This document shows, one piece after another, positions 9,203-18,031 of a stretch of 64,000 nucleotides of DNA. The position numbers and the translations under genes are program-made. Numbering within the stretch: position 1 is the stretch's first letter; each line of letters opens with the position of its first letter. This stretch comes from Glaciecola sp. Lineage in GTDB: Bacteria > Pseudomonadota > Gammaproteobacteria > Enterobacterales > Alteromonadaceae. The stretch spans positions 13,006-77,005 of the forward strand of contig JAQWNF010000039.1 of assembly GCA_029246415.1 (NCBI GenBank), given 5' to 3'. Under the pieces are notes generated by a model. That model was given only the letters and a program-made list of their open reading frames with translations. It was not told the origin of the DNA and did no database searches.

Positions 9203-11173
9203 ATGATAAACATATCTAAAAATAGTTTTAATGCAAATAAATTGAACCGAGGCGTGTTTGTTAGCGCAAGTGCGGTGATATTTATGTTGGTGGCCATTAC
9301 CGTCATGTTCCCTACTGATATGGAAGCATTGTTTAGCGATGTCCAAAAAACGCTAATTGATACGGCTGGGTGGTTTTACGTTTTATCTGTAGCAGGTATT
9401 TTGGTTGCGGTGGTCTATTTGTGTGTGTCTCGTCATGGCCATATCAAGTTAGGGCCTGATCATGCCCAAGCCGACTATAGTCAACTCACTTGGTTAGCGA
9501 TGCTATTTTCTGCTGGTATGGGTATTGGTTTGATGTTTTTTGGTGTAGCAGAGCCTGTCATGCATTATGTTGCTCCGCCTACTGCTGATCCCTATTCGGT
9601 TGAAGCGACCCGAGAAGCGTTAAAAATGACGTTTTTTCATTGGGGCTTACACGGCTGGGCCATTTATGCTGTTGTCGCGCTCATCTTGGCGTATTTTTCA
9701 TTCCGACATAATTTACCTCTGACCCTACGTTCAGCACTACACCCGCTGATCGGTGACAAAATTTACACATGGCGTGGCGATATCATCGATTCATTTGCTG
9801 TTATTAGTACCATCTTTGGTGTGACGACCAGCTTAGGCTTTGGGGTCATGCAGATCAACTCAGGTCTTAACTATTTGTTTGGCATCGAAGTGAGTCAAAC
9901 GGTGCAACTGTTTATCGTAGTTTTTATCATCTGTTTGGCATTAGTATCGGTTTGTTCGGGTTTGGATAAAGGCATTAAACGTCTATCACAGCTCAACATG
10001 ATCATGGCGGTAGGTTTATTGTTATTTGTCTTAGTGGCTGGTCCGAGTTTGTTTTTATTACAAGCATTAGTGCAAAACACCGGCGCGTATTTATCCGATA
10101 TTGTGCACAACACCTTTAACTTATTTGCGTATCAAAAAACCGATTGGTTAGGTGGTTGGACGATATTTTATTGGGCATGGTGGCTGTCTTGGTCGCCATT
10201 CGTTGGCATGTTTATCGCGCGTATTTCGCGTGGTCGTACTATTCGTGAATTCTTGATCGGTGTACTACTCATCCCTTCTGGTTTTACATTTGCGTGGATG
10301 ACGATATTTGGTAACAGCGCTATTGATTTAATCCATGTACAAGGCATGACGGATTTGGCTGATGCCGTTGCTAAAGACTCATCTATCGCGTTGTTTGCTT
10401 TCTTGGAACACTTACCGTTTTCTCAAGTAATTTCTTTTATCGGCCTGGTCATGGTTATCATCTTTTTTGTGACCTCATGTGATTCTGGAGCGATGGTGGT
10501 GGATATGTTGGCGAGTCATGGTGAAAACAATACGCCGCTATGGCAGCGCTTTTATTGGACTATGGGCATTGGTGTAGTGGCGACGATATTACTGTTAAAT
10601 GGCGGGTTAGCAGCCTTACAAACGATGTCAATTGTCAGTGCATTACCTTTTACTGTGGTGTTGATTATTGCCATTTACGGTATGTTTACCGCGTTGAGTA
10701 TTGAATCAACCAAACAACAATCCATGAATTTTTCCGTGATGCAGTCACCGTCGATTAAAACCGATGATTGGCGTCAACGCTTAGCGACCATAGTCAACTT
10801 TCCATCTAAAAGTAAAGTGCTGCAGTTTTTGCAACAAAACGTCGGGCCGGCATTAACCCAAGTATCGAATGAGCTAAATAATAACCAAATTGCCACGGAT
10901 GTCCTGATTGAGGATGATCGAATTATCTTGACGGTTAGTCACGTTGATCAACCTGATTTTATCTATGCAGTTCGTGCTCGCACGCATATTCAACCGGATT
11001 TATTAGAAGATGCGAGTGACCAAGATGAAGAACAGATGTATTATCGTGCAGAAGTGCATTTAGCAGAAGGTGGCCAAGATTACGATATTATGAGTTGGCC
11101 TGAAACTGCTATAATTAACGATGTGGTCGAGCAGTATCAAAAGCACGTCCATTTCTTACACCTATTAAAATAA
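9203..11173 (+). CDS. BCCT-family transporter (betaine/carnitine/choline type)
   Basis: 656 aa, 12 TM-like segments, BCCT signature WTIFYWAWWLSWSPFVGMFIARISRGRTIREF, about 150-aa hydrophilic C-terminal tail. Confidence 0.9.
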   Translation: MINISKNSFNANKLNRGVFVSASAVIFMLVAITVMFPTDMEALFSDVQKTLIDTAGWFYVLSVAGILVAVVYLCVSRHGHIKLGPDHAQADYSQLTWLAMLFSAGMGIGLMFFGVAEPVMHYVAPPTADPYSVEATREALKMTFFHWGLHGWAIYAVVALILAYFSFRHNLPLTLRSALHPLIGDKIYTWRGDIIDSFAVISTIFGVTTSLGFGVMQINSGLNYLFGIEVSQTVQLFIVVFIICLALVSVCSGLDKGIKRLSQLNMIMAVGLLLFVLVAGPSLFLLQALVQNTGAYLSDIVHNTFNLFAYQKTDWLGGWTIFYWAWWLSWSPFVGMFIARISRGRTIREFLIGVLLIPSGFTFAWMTIFGNSAIDLIHVQGMTDLADAVAKDSSIALFAFLEHLPFSQVISFIGLVMVIIFFVTSCDSGAMVVDMLASHGENNTPLWQRFYWTMGIGVVATILLLNGGLAALQTMSIVSALPFTVVLIIAIYGMFTALSIESTKQQSMNFSVMQSPSIKTDDWRQRLATIVNFPSKSKVLQFLQQNVGPALTQVSNELNNNQIATDVLIEDDRIILTVSHVDQPDFIYAVRARTHIQPDLLEDASDQDEEQMYYRAEVHLAEGGQDYDIMSWPETAIINDVVEQYQKHVHFLHLLK

Positions 11174-11186
11174 GAGAAGCGTTTTC

Positions 11187-11672
11187 ATGCAAAAAGATGA
11201 AGAGCTATTAGTTGCCTTACGTAAAGTAATACGTGCTATCGACATACGTTCAAAAGAGTTAAGCCGCGATGTCGGCTTAACTGGTCCACAATTGATTGTG
11301 TTACAAGAAGTCGGTAAACATCCAGGAGTCATGGTTAAGGAAATCGCGCAAAGCATTACGCTATCGCCTGCTACTGTGACCAGTATCTTAGACCGTATGG
11401 AAAGTCGTGGGCACGTTAATCGGGTTCGTAGTACGCAAGATAAACGCAAGGTTGGGGTGTTTCTGACCGACGCGGGGCAATTATTACTAGATAAAGCACC
11501 GTTGCCGTTGCAAGAGCATTTTTTAAATCGATTTAATGCGATAGAAGAATGGGAGCAATCACAGATGGTCGCTACGATGCAACGTATTGCGACTATGATG
11601 GATGCTCAGAAACTAGACGCCGCACCAGTATTGGAAGTCGGCAGTCTAGTGAATAGTGGGACTGAGCTGTAG
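11187..11672 (+). CDS. MarR-family transcriptional regulator
   Basis: 161 aa with a winged-HTH MarR-like core (LTGPQLIVLQEV...ITLSPATVTSILDRMESRGHVNRVRSTQDKR). Lies 13 nt after the BCCT stop. Confidence 0.8.
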   Translation: MQKDEELLVALRKVIRAIDIRSKELSRDVGLTGPQLIVLQEVGKHPGVMVKEIAQSITLSPATVTSILDRMESRGHVNRVRSTQDKRKVGVFLTDAGQLLLDKAPLPLQEHFLNRFNAIEEWEQSQMVATMQRIATMMDAQKLDAAPVLEVGSLVNSGTEL

Positions 11673-11704
11673 TTTGATGCTTTAGTATTGAGTAGTGGCG
11701 TGAA

Positions 11705-12559
11705 TTAAATCACGCCAAGTTCAGTTAACCGCTCATGCAAATAGCTTTTTGCTGTATGACGTTCAGATAACACTACGTCTGGACGTGGATGTAAAAACAA
11801 GGGTAACGATATACGCGACTTAGTCATATCGGCACCTTGTGGGTTAATCACGCGATGTGAAGTCGATGGAAAATACCCACCCGAAGCTTCTTGCAACATA
11901 TCCCCAATGTTAATAATCAAATAACCAAAGTCACTCGGCACATCGATCCAGTTACCGTCTTTAAGTTGCACTTGCAGGCCTGGCTCATTAGCAGCAGGTA
12001 AGATAGTAATAAGGTTAATGTCTTCATGAGCCGCGGCACGAATAGCGCCAGCCTCTTCGTTACCCGCTAATGGCGGATAATGTAAGACGCGTAACAAGGT
12101 TTGATTAGATTGCTTGATCATGTCTGATAACGGCTCTCGGTAGTTTGCCGCAACTTCAGCTGGCGATAACGCCTCAATCCAACCTAATAACTCAGCTGCA
12201 AACGCAGTGGTTTGTTGATAATACGCATCGAGTTGTTCACGTCGATCCACAGGGCATTGTCCCCACGGGTAATAGTGAAAGTATTCTTTGATATCTTTTT
12301 GGGTAAAACCTTTGGCCGTTTCTGAGATCCGAGCAGGAAAAAAACCATCCTGTGTGCCTTTATTATACAAGCTTTGCTCTTTGATACTGTCATCGAGGTT
12401 GAACCAATCTTGCCAACGAGAATAAATCCCCTGCACGGTTGCTTGTTTTATTGGGTGGTTTTTTAACACCCCAAAACCGGTCTCACGCAAGGAGTTCACA
12501 AATTTTTCTTGGGCATCAGCAGCGAGATAATCGACTGCCTCTAAAGTGACGTTACTCAT
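11705..12559 (-). CDS. 2-oxoglutarate/Fe(II)-dependent oxygenase (IPNS/ACCO-like)
   Basis: 284 aa. HxD (AAHEDIN), distal His (STSHRV) and RxS (SRISLPLF) motifs are intact. Last gene of the udk-nupC operon, with a 12-nt gap. Confidence 0.8.
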   Translation of the reverse strand: MSNVTLEAVDYLAADAQEKFVNSLRETGFGVLKNHPIKQATVQGIYSRWQDWFNLDDSIKEQSLYNKGTQDGFFPARISETAKGFTQKDIKEYFHYYPWGQCPVDRREQLDAYYQQTTAFAAELLGWIEALSPAEVAANYREPLSDMIKQSNQTLLRVLHYPPLAGNEEAGAIRAAAHEDINLITILPAANEPGLQVQLKDGNWIDVPSDFGYLIINIGDMLQEASGGYFPSTSHRVINPQGADMTKSRISLPLFLHPRPDVVLSERHTAKSYLHERLTELGVI

Positions 12560-12571
12560 CGAGTCGCTCCT

Positions 12572-13780
12572 TTAAAATGATAAGAACAAGCCCGCTAATG
12601 CGGCGCTCATTAAGTTTGCTAGGGTAGCAGCGAAAACGGCTTTTAAGCCTAATCGAGCAATGTCTTTACGACGTCCTGGGGCCATTGCGCCCAAACCACC
12701 CATTAAAATAGCGATTGAAGAAAAGTTTGCAAAGCCACACAAGGCAAAGGTAATAATAGCTTGTGATTTGGCCGATAACTGATCACTAATTTCGATAAAG
12801 TTGAGATACGCGACGAACTCATTCACCACGATTTTTTGGCCAATAAAGCTGCCTGCTAATTGCGCTTCAGACCAATCAATGCCAATTGCCCAAGCAATAG
12901 GCGCCATGACATATCCTAAGATTTGCTCAAAGGTGACGTTTTCAAATCCAAATAACCCACCAGTCCAACCAATAATACCGTTAATTAGTGCGATAAGTGC
13001 CACAAACGCTAAGAGCATAGCACCAACGTTTAATGCTAGTTGTAAACCTGATGATGCCCCAGATGCTGCTGCGTCGAAAATGTTTGCATAGCTGGTATCT
13101 TCACCATCTACTTGGCTCAGTTCGTTATTTGGGGTATCTATTTCAGGGACTATAATTTTAGCCATTAATAAGCCCGCAGGTGCAGCCATAAAGCTCGCTG
13201 CGAGTAAATATTTGAGCTCGACACCGATTCCTGCATAACCTGCCATAATCGATCCAGCAATAGAGGCTAATCCACCTACCATCACGGCAAATAGTTCTGA
13301 TTGCGTCATTTTAGGAATAAATGGTCGAACAATTAACGGTGCTTCAGTTTGTCCCACAAAAATATTGGCTGCAGCTGACATCGACTCTGGGCGGCTAGTA
13401 CCTAAGATTTTTTGTAATCCGCCACCGATAATGTTGATGATGAATTTCATGATCCCAAGGTGATATAAAACAGTGATTAAAGCAGAGAAAAAGATAATCA
13501 CGGGTAACACGTTGAACGCAAAGATAAACCCAAGGGATTTATTGCCAACGGCACCAAATACAAAGTTAATTCCTTCATCGGCATAGCTAATGACACCCGC
13601 TACAAAATCGGTAACGGCGAGTAATGCCGCTATCCCAGGTTCGAAGTACAAAATGAAAACAGCAATGAAAACTTGGATGGCAAATGCGCCGCCGACTGTG
13701 CGCCAGTTAATTGCATGGCGGTTATTGCTTAACGCATAAGCAATAGCAAGCAATGCGATTACACCGATTATTCCTGTCAT
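12572..13780 (-). CDS. nupC: NupC/CNT-family nucleoside transporter
   Basis: 402 aa polytopic protein with CNT-like segments ([51 protein letters not shown]). Confidence 0.9.
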   Translation of the reverse strand: MTGIIGVIALLAIAYALSNNRHAINWRTVGGAFAIQVFIAVFILYFEPGIAALLAVTDFVAGVISYADEGINFVFGAVGNKSLGFIFAFNVLPVIIFFSALITVLYHLGIMKFIINIIGGGLQKILGTSRPESMSAAANIFVGQTEAPLIVRPFIPKMTQSELFAVMVGGLASIAGSIMAGYAGIGVELKYLLAASFMAAPAGLLMAKIIVPEIDTPNNELSQVDGEDTSYANIFDAAASGASSGLQLALNVGAMLLAFVALIALINGIIGWTGGLFGFENVTFEQILGYVMAPIAWAIGIDWSEAQLAGSFIGQKIVVNEFVAYLNFIEISDQLSAKSQAIITFALCGFANFSSIAILMGGLGAMAPGRRKDIARLGLKAVFAATLANLMSAALAGLFLSF

Positions 13781-13795
13781 AGTGTGTGCCTTTTA

Positions 13796-14467
13796 TTATT
13801 GTTGGTTGGCAAAGTTAAGTTGTGATTGTACGTGATGTGTGACCACATTCAAAGCCGCTTGGTTATCGCCACCTTGAGTAATGATCATGTCAGCCTGGCT
13901 ACGATTAGGTTCAATGAACTGATGATACATGGGTTTAACTGTCGCTTGGTATTGCTCCGCTACACATTCAATGGTGCGCCCACGCTCAGCGGTATCACGC
14001 AACATACGGCGCAATAAACATACATCTAACGGGGTATCGACGAACAATGTCAGGTCATACAGAGGTTGTAATTCTGTGGCGGCTAAGAGCATGATCCCTT
14101 CTATAATAATAATCGGAGAAGAGGTGATCCGCTGCGTATCAGGTTTACGCGTGTGAGTTTGATAACAGTACTCTGGATAGTCGATGGATTGACCGTGGCA
14201 CAGTGCTTCGACATGCGTTTTTAATAGCTCATGCTCAAAGGCATTGGGGTGGTCATAATTAGTAATAACTCGTTGAGCCATCGGTTTATCATCTTGCGCG
14301 CGGTAGTAGCGATCTTCTTGTAGTACTAACATATCAGCACATTGCATTTGTAAACGATGCACTAGATTTTGCGTAAACAAAGATTTACCTGAGCCAGATG
14401 CGCCGCATATAGCAATGATGTAAGGCTTGGTGTTGATCGTTTCTTGGTTCGAATGCGTTGTAGTCAT
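13796..14467 (-). CDS. udk: Uridine/cytidine kinase
   Basis: 223 aa. P-loop CGASGSGKS. Collinear similarity to E. coli Udk (NYDHPNAFEH, IIIIEGIMLL, FVDTPLDVCLLRR, ERGR). Confidence 0.9.
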   Translation of the reverse strand: MTTTHSNQETINTKPYIIAICGASGSGKSLFTQNLVHRLQMQCADMLVLQEDRYYRAQDDKPMAQRVITNYDHPNAFEHELLKTHVEALCHGQSIDYPEYCYQTHTRKPDTQRITSSPIIIIEGIMLLAATELQPLYDLTLFVDTPLDVCLLRRMLRDTAERGRTIECVAEQYQATVKPMYHQFIEPNRSQADMIITQGGDNQAALNVVTHHVQSQLNFANQQ

Positions 14468-14580
14468 AGTAACACTTATTATTAGTTTTAGGATGAGCCG
14501 TTAGGATTGACGTTTATTAGAAATAATTATACTCAAAAATATAACTAATAAGTGAATTTATAATTATTTACACTTAATTT

Positions 14581-14608
14581 TTGTCATACTTTTGTCATTT
14601 CTGTCAAA
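14581..14608 (+). promoter_or_regulatory. Candidate Pho box (PhoB site) upstream of the Oar-like TonB-dependent receptor
   Basis: TTGTCAT-ACTT-TTGTCAT (14581-14598) is two 7-bp direct repeats with a 4-bp spacer. A third TGTCAA lies at 14603-14608 and a -10-like tacaat at 14614-19. E. coli consensus is CTGTCAT-N4-CTGTCAT. Confidence 0.5.
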
Positions 14609-14749
14609 TACTATACAATTGTCGCTGAAATGACGTTTATTATAAACGGTAATCATGGATGATAATCAAGCCTCGTCGGTTTTTCGATAGTCAAAATTAA
14701 GACATTACACATAATACATAATTTTTAATTTAAACAGGAAACACAAACC

Positions 14750-17700
14750 ATGTTTGCACCTACAAAGCTTAATCGCATTGCCATTGCTGTTGCCTTATCA
14801 ATTGGCTTCGCAGCGCCAGCATTTGCGCAAGAAACTTCTTCAGGTATCTCAGGTAAAATCGTTACTCCAGCCGGTGCGCCAGCTGCGGGTACTGCCGTTA
14901 AAATTATTCACTTACCATCAGGCACAGTGCGTAATGCAATCGTGAACAATTCAGGTTCATTTAACTTAAAAGGCCTTCGTGTTGGTGGTCCATACCAAAT
15001 TATTGTAGATTCACAAACATTTCAAGATACCACTGTTGACGGTGTATTCTTAGAACTAGGTGAAACGTTTGATGTAAATGTTGCATTACAAGCTGATCAA
15101 AACATTGAAGTAATCAACGTGACTGCTTCACAAGTAAGCACGGCAGTTTTCGGTAGCAACTCTCCAGGTACAGTGTTTAATCTAGCTGACTTAGAAAACT
15201 CACCTGCGATCAACCGTGACATCAAAGATGTTATCCGTACTGATCCACGTGTTTATATCGACGAAAGCCGCTCTGATTCAGTTCAGTGTGCGGGTGCAAG
15301 CCCACGTTTTAACAGCTTAACCCTTGACGGTGTGCGTTTGAACGATAACTTCGGTCTTAACTCTAACGGTTATCCAACTGAAAGAATGCCATTTTCTTTT
15401 GACGCGATTGAGCAAGTTGCCGTTGAACTAGCCCCATTTGACGTTCAGTACGGTGGTTTCACTGCGTGTAATATCAATGCGGTAACTAAATCGGGTACCA
15501 ATGAAATCCACGGTGGTGTGTTCTTCGATTACACTAGCGATTCTTTCCGCGGTGACGAAGTTAACGGTGACAAGCAAGAAAATGGCGATTACACCGAAAA
15601 GCGTTATGGCTTTAACATTGGTGCACCATTAATCAAAGACGAGTTATTCGTATTTGCTGCTTATGAAAAAGTAGAAGGCGTACAGTTATTCGGTTATGCC
15701 GCACGTGATAATGGTCGTGTAACGGCTGACGAAATCGCTGAAATCACGCAAATCGCTGCAGATGTATATAACTACGATGTCGGTGGTTTCCCTGCAAGTG
15801 CACCAGTTGAAGACGAAAAATTACTCGTTAAATTAGATTGGAACATTACAGATCAACACCGTGCATCATTGGTGTACAACTGGAATGACGGTTTCTCAAT
15901 CAGCCAATCTGATACTGGCTCTAGCCGTTTATCATTTGGTAACCATTTCTATGAGCGTGGCGCTGAGTTAGATTCATTAGTTGCATCAGTTTATTCTGAT
16001 TGGTCTGATAAGTTCTCAACTGAAGTGCGTTTAGGTCAAACTAAACTTGATAACCGTCAAAATTCACTTGATCAGTCTGGTTTTGCTGAAGCGCAAATCC
16101 GTTCAGGTTCTGGTGCGACTGTATATATCGGCCCTGATGATTCTCGTCAATCAAATGATTTGAACTGGGAAAACATCACAGCGAAATTCGCTGGTACGTA
16201 TTACACCGATAACGATCACAAAATCACCTTCGGTCTTGAATATGAAGACTTAGATGTATTTAACTTATTCATGCAACACACTGTTGGTGAGTACCGTTTT
16301 GATAACATCGCTGATTTTGCTGCTGGTACGCCTGCACGTATTTACTACAATAACTCTGCGGGTACTAACAACCCAGCGGATGCCGGTGCAAGCTTCTCTT
16401 ATGCAACGACAACGTTGTATGTGCAAGATGACTTCTATGTAACTGACGATATCCAATTAATGGTTGGTTTACGTTATGACATGTGGTCTTCAGATGACCG
16501 TCCAACACAAAATGCTAACTTTACTGAGCGTTACGGTTTCTCTAACACTGCAAACGTTGATGGCATTAAATTACTACAACCACGCCTTGGTTTTAACTGG
16601 GCTGTTGCTGATGATTTAGAAGTACGTGGTGGTGTAGGTCTGTATGCTGGTGGTAATCCAAATGTTTGGATTTCAAATGCTTACTCAAACGATGGTGTAA
16701 CTAACATTGGTTTACAAGACCGTACACGTAACAGCATTACTACTGCTGCTGACGGTTACTTAACGGGTGCGGGTCGTCCAATTTATGACATCCCACAAGC
16801 CTTGTTTGATGCAGTTGCAGCAACCTCTATCGCAGATGGTAACGGTAACGTTAACGCGACTGATCCTAGCTTTGATATTCCATCAGAGTGGAAATACTCA
16901 TTAGGTGCGACTTATATCACACCGAATGATTATGTGATAACTGCTGACATCATGTATACCGATAAGCAAAACTCTGCAACGGTGGTTGATTTAGGTTTAA
17001 CACCGTCTGGCTTTACAGCTGTTGATGGTCGTCCATTATATGAAACTTCTACTACAGGTCGTTACCCTGGTAGTGATTTCATGTTAACTAACGTTAATTC
17101 TGCTAATGATGGTGATTCAACAACTATCTCTGCGTCAATCCAAAAAGATTGGGAAAATGGTTTTAATGGTATGTTAGCGTATGCATACACTGAAGCAACG
17201 GATGCAAATCCAATGACGTCTTCAGTTGCTTACTCTAACTTCATTAACGTTGCCGTTGCAGATGTAAACTCACCACAAGCTGCGACCTCAGATTATGAGA
17301 TCCCACATCGCTTCACGATGAAGTTTGGTTATACCACCGAGTTATTTGATGGTTATAACACAAGCTTTAACTTGTATGCGACAGCGAGTGATGGCAAGCC
17401 TTACTCTGCTACTTTCTCTGAAAGCGGCGGTGACTTGTTTGGTTTTGATTCTTCAAGTACTCGTGGATTGGTATATATCCCTGAAGTAAATGATGCTGGT
17501 GTGGTTTATGGCAGTGGTTTTGACCAAGCAGCGTTTGATGATTTCATCGCAGCGGAAGGCTTAACTCGTGGTGCTATCCTAGGCCGTAACTCGTTCAATG
17601 CAGAATGGTGGTCTAAAGTAGATATTCGTATCTCTCAAGAGCTTCCAGGATTTGTTGAAGGACATAAAGCCAGTGCGTTCTTCGTTATCGAAAACTTCAC

Positions 17701-17884
17701 TAACATGCTAAATGATGACTGGGGCGTATTACGTCAAGGTTCATTTGTTGGTGAACAAATCGTTAATGCTCACATCAATGATGCTGGACAATATGTTTAT
17801 GAGAGCTTCAATGCTCCAGAGACAAGCTATGTACGTGGCCCATCATTATGGGAAGTACGTGTAGGGGTTAAATACAGCTTCTAA
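14750..17884 (+). CDS. Large TonB-dependent receptor with N-terminal carboxypeptidase-regulatory-like domain (Oar-like)
   Basis: 1044 aa. Signal peptide ending AFAQE, CarbopepD_reg-like GISGKIVTPAGAPAAGTAVKI...GSFNLKGLRVGGPYQIIVD, plug and barrel regions, C-terminal VKYSF. Confidence 0.85.
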   Translation: MFAPTKLNRIAIAVALSIGFAAPAFAQETSSGISGKIVTPAGAPAAGTAVKIIHLPSGTVRNAIVNNSGSFNLKGLRVGGPYQIIVDSQTFQDTTVDGVFLELGETFDVNVALQADQNIEVINVTASQVSTAVFGSNSPGTVFNLADLENSPAINRDIKDVIRTDPRVYIDESRSDSVQCAGASPRFNSLTLDGVRLNDNFGLNSNGYPTERMPFSFDAIEQVAVELAPFDVQYGGFTACNINAVTKSGTNEIHGGVFFDYTSDSFRGDEVNGDKQENGDYTEKRYGFNIGAPLIKDELFVFAAYEKVEGVQLFGYAARDNGRVTADEIAEITQIAADVYNYDVGGFPASAPVEDEKLLVKLDWNITDQHRASLVYNWNDGFSISQSDTGSSRLSFGNHFYERGAELDSLVASVYSDWSDKFSTEVRLGQTKLDNRQNSLDQSGFAEAQIRSGSGATVYIGPDDSRQSNDLNWENITAKFAGTYYTDNDHKITFGLEYEDLDVFNLFMQHTVGEYRFDNIADFAAGTPARIYYNNSAGTNNPADAGASFSYATTTLYVQDDFYVTDDIQLMVGLRYDMWSSDDRPTQNANFTERYGFSNTANVDGIKLLQPRLGFNWAVADDLEVRGGVGLYAGGNPNVWISNAYSNDGVTNIGLQDRTRNSITTAADGYLTGAGRPIYDIPQALFDAVAATSIADGNGNVNATDPSFDIPSEWKYSLGATYITPNDYVITADIMYTDKQNSATVVDLGLTPSGFTAVDGRPLYETSTTGRYPGSDFMLTNVNSANDGDSTTISASIQKDWENGFNGMLAYAYTEATDANPMTSSVAYSNFINVAVADVNSPQAATSDYEIPHRFTMKFGYTTELFDGYNTSFNLYATASDGKPYSATFSESGGDLFGFDSSSTRGLVYIPEVNDAGVVYGSGFDQAAFDDFIAAEGLTRGAILGRNSFNAEWWSKVDIRISQELPGFVEGHKASAFFVIENFTNMLNDDWGVLRQGSFVGEQIVNAHINDAGQYVYESFNAPETSYVRGPSLWEVRVGVKYSF

Positions 17885-17967
17885 TCCGTATTTAACTTGT
17901 GGAAAGGGCATCCTTACAGATGCCCCCTATACTTTCTAATATCGTGTAGTTTACTATCTACATACTT

Positions 17968-18002
17968 AAAACCCGCATTAAGTTAATTAATGCGGGTTTT
18001 TA
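17968..18002. terminator. Bidirectional rho-independent terminator
   Basis: Stem acccgca (17971-77) / tgcgggt (17991-97), flanked by an A-run and a T-run. Lies between two convergent genes. Confidence 0.75.
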
Positions 18003-18031
18003 ATTTATACGAAATAGTTTATGCGTGTTAG

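Noticed and set aside
11165-11449. 94-codon minus-strand ORF opposite the MarR gene.
   Set aside because: The plus-strand frame gives a clean MarR-family wHTH protein. The antisense translation is Cys/Ser/Thr-rich with no family resemblance.
14446-14454. GGTTCGAAT, a tRNA T-loop-like string.
   Set aside because: It lies inside the udk coding sequence. No acceptor, anticodon or D-arm pairing can be drawn around it. No tRNA or rRNA was found anywhere in the window.
14553-14572. AT-rich GTGAATTTATAATTATTTAC upstream of the Oar-like receptor as a Fur box. The 8939-9060 region upstream of the 826-aa receptor was also examined.
   Set aside because: At best about half the positions match GATAATGATAATCATTATC in any register. 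That is indistinguishable from AT-rich background.
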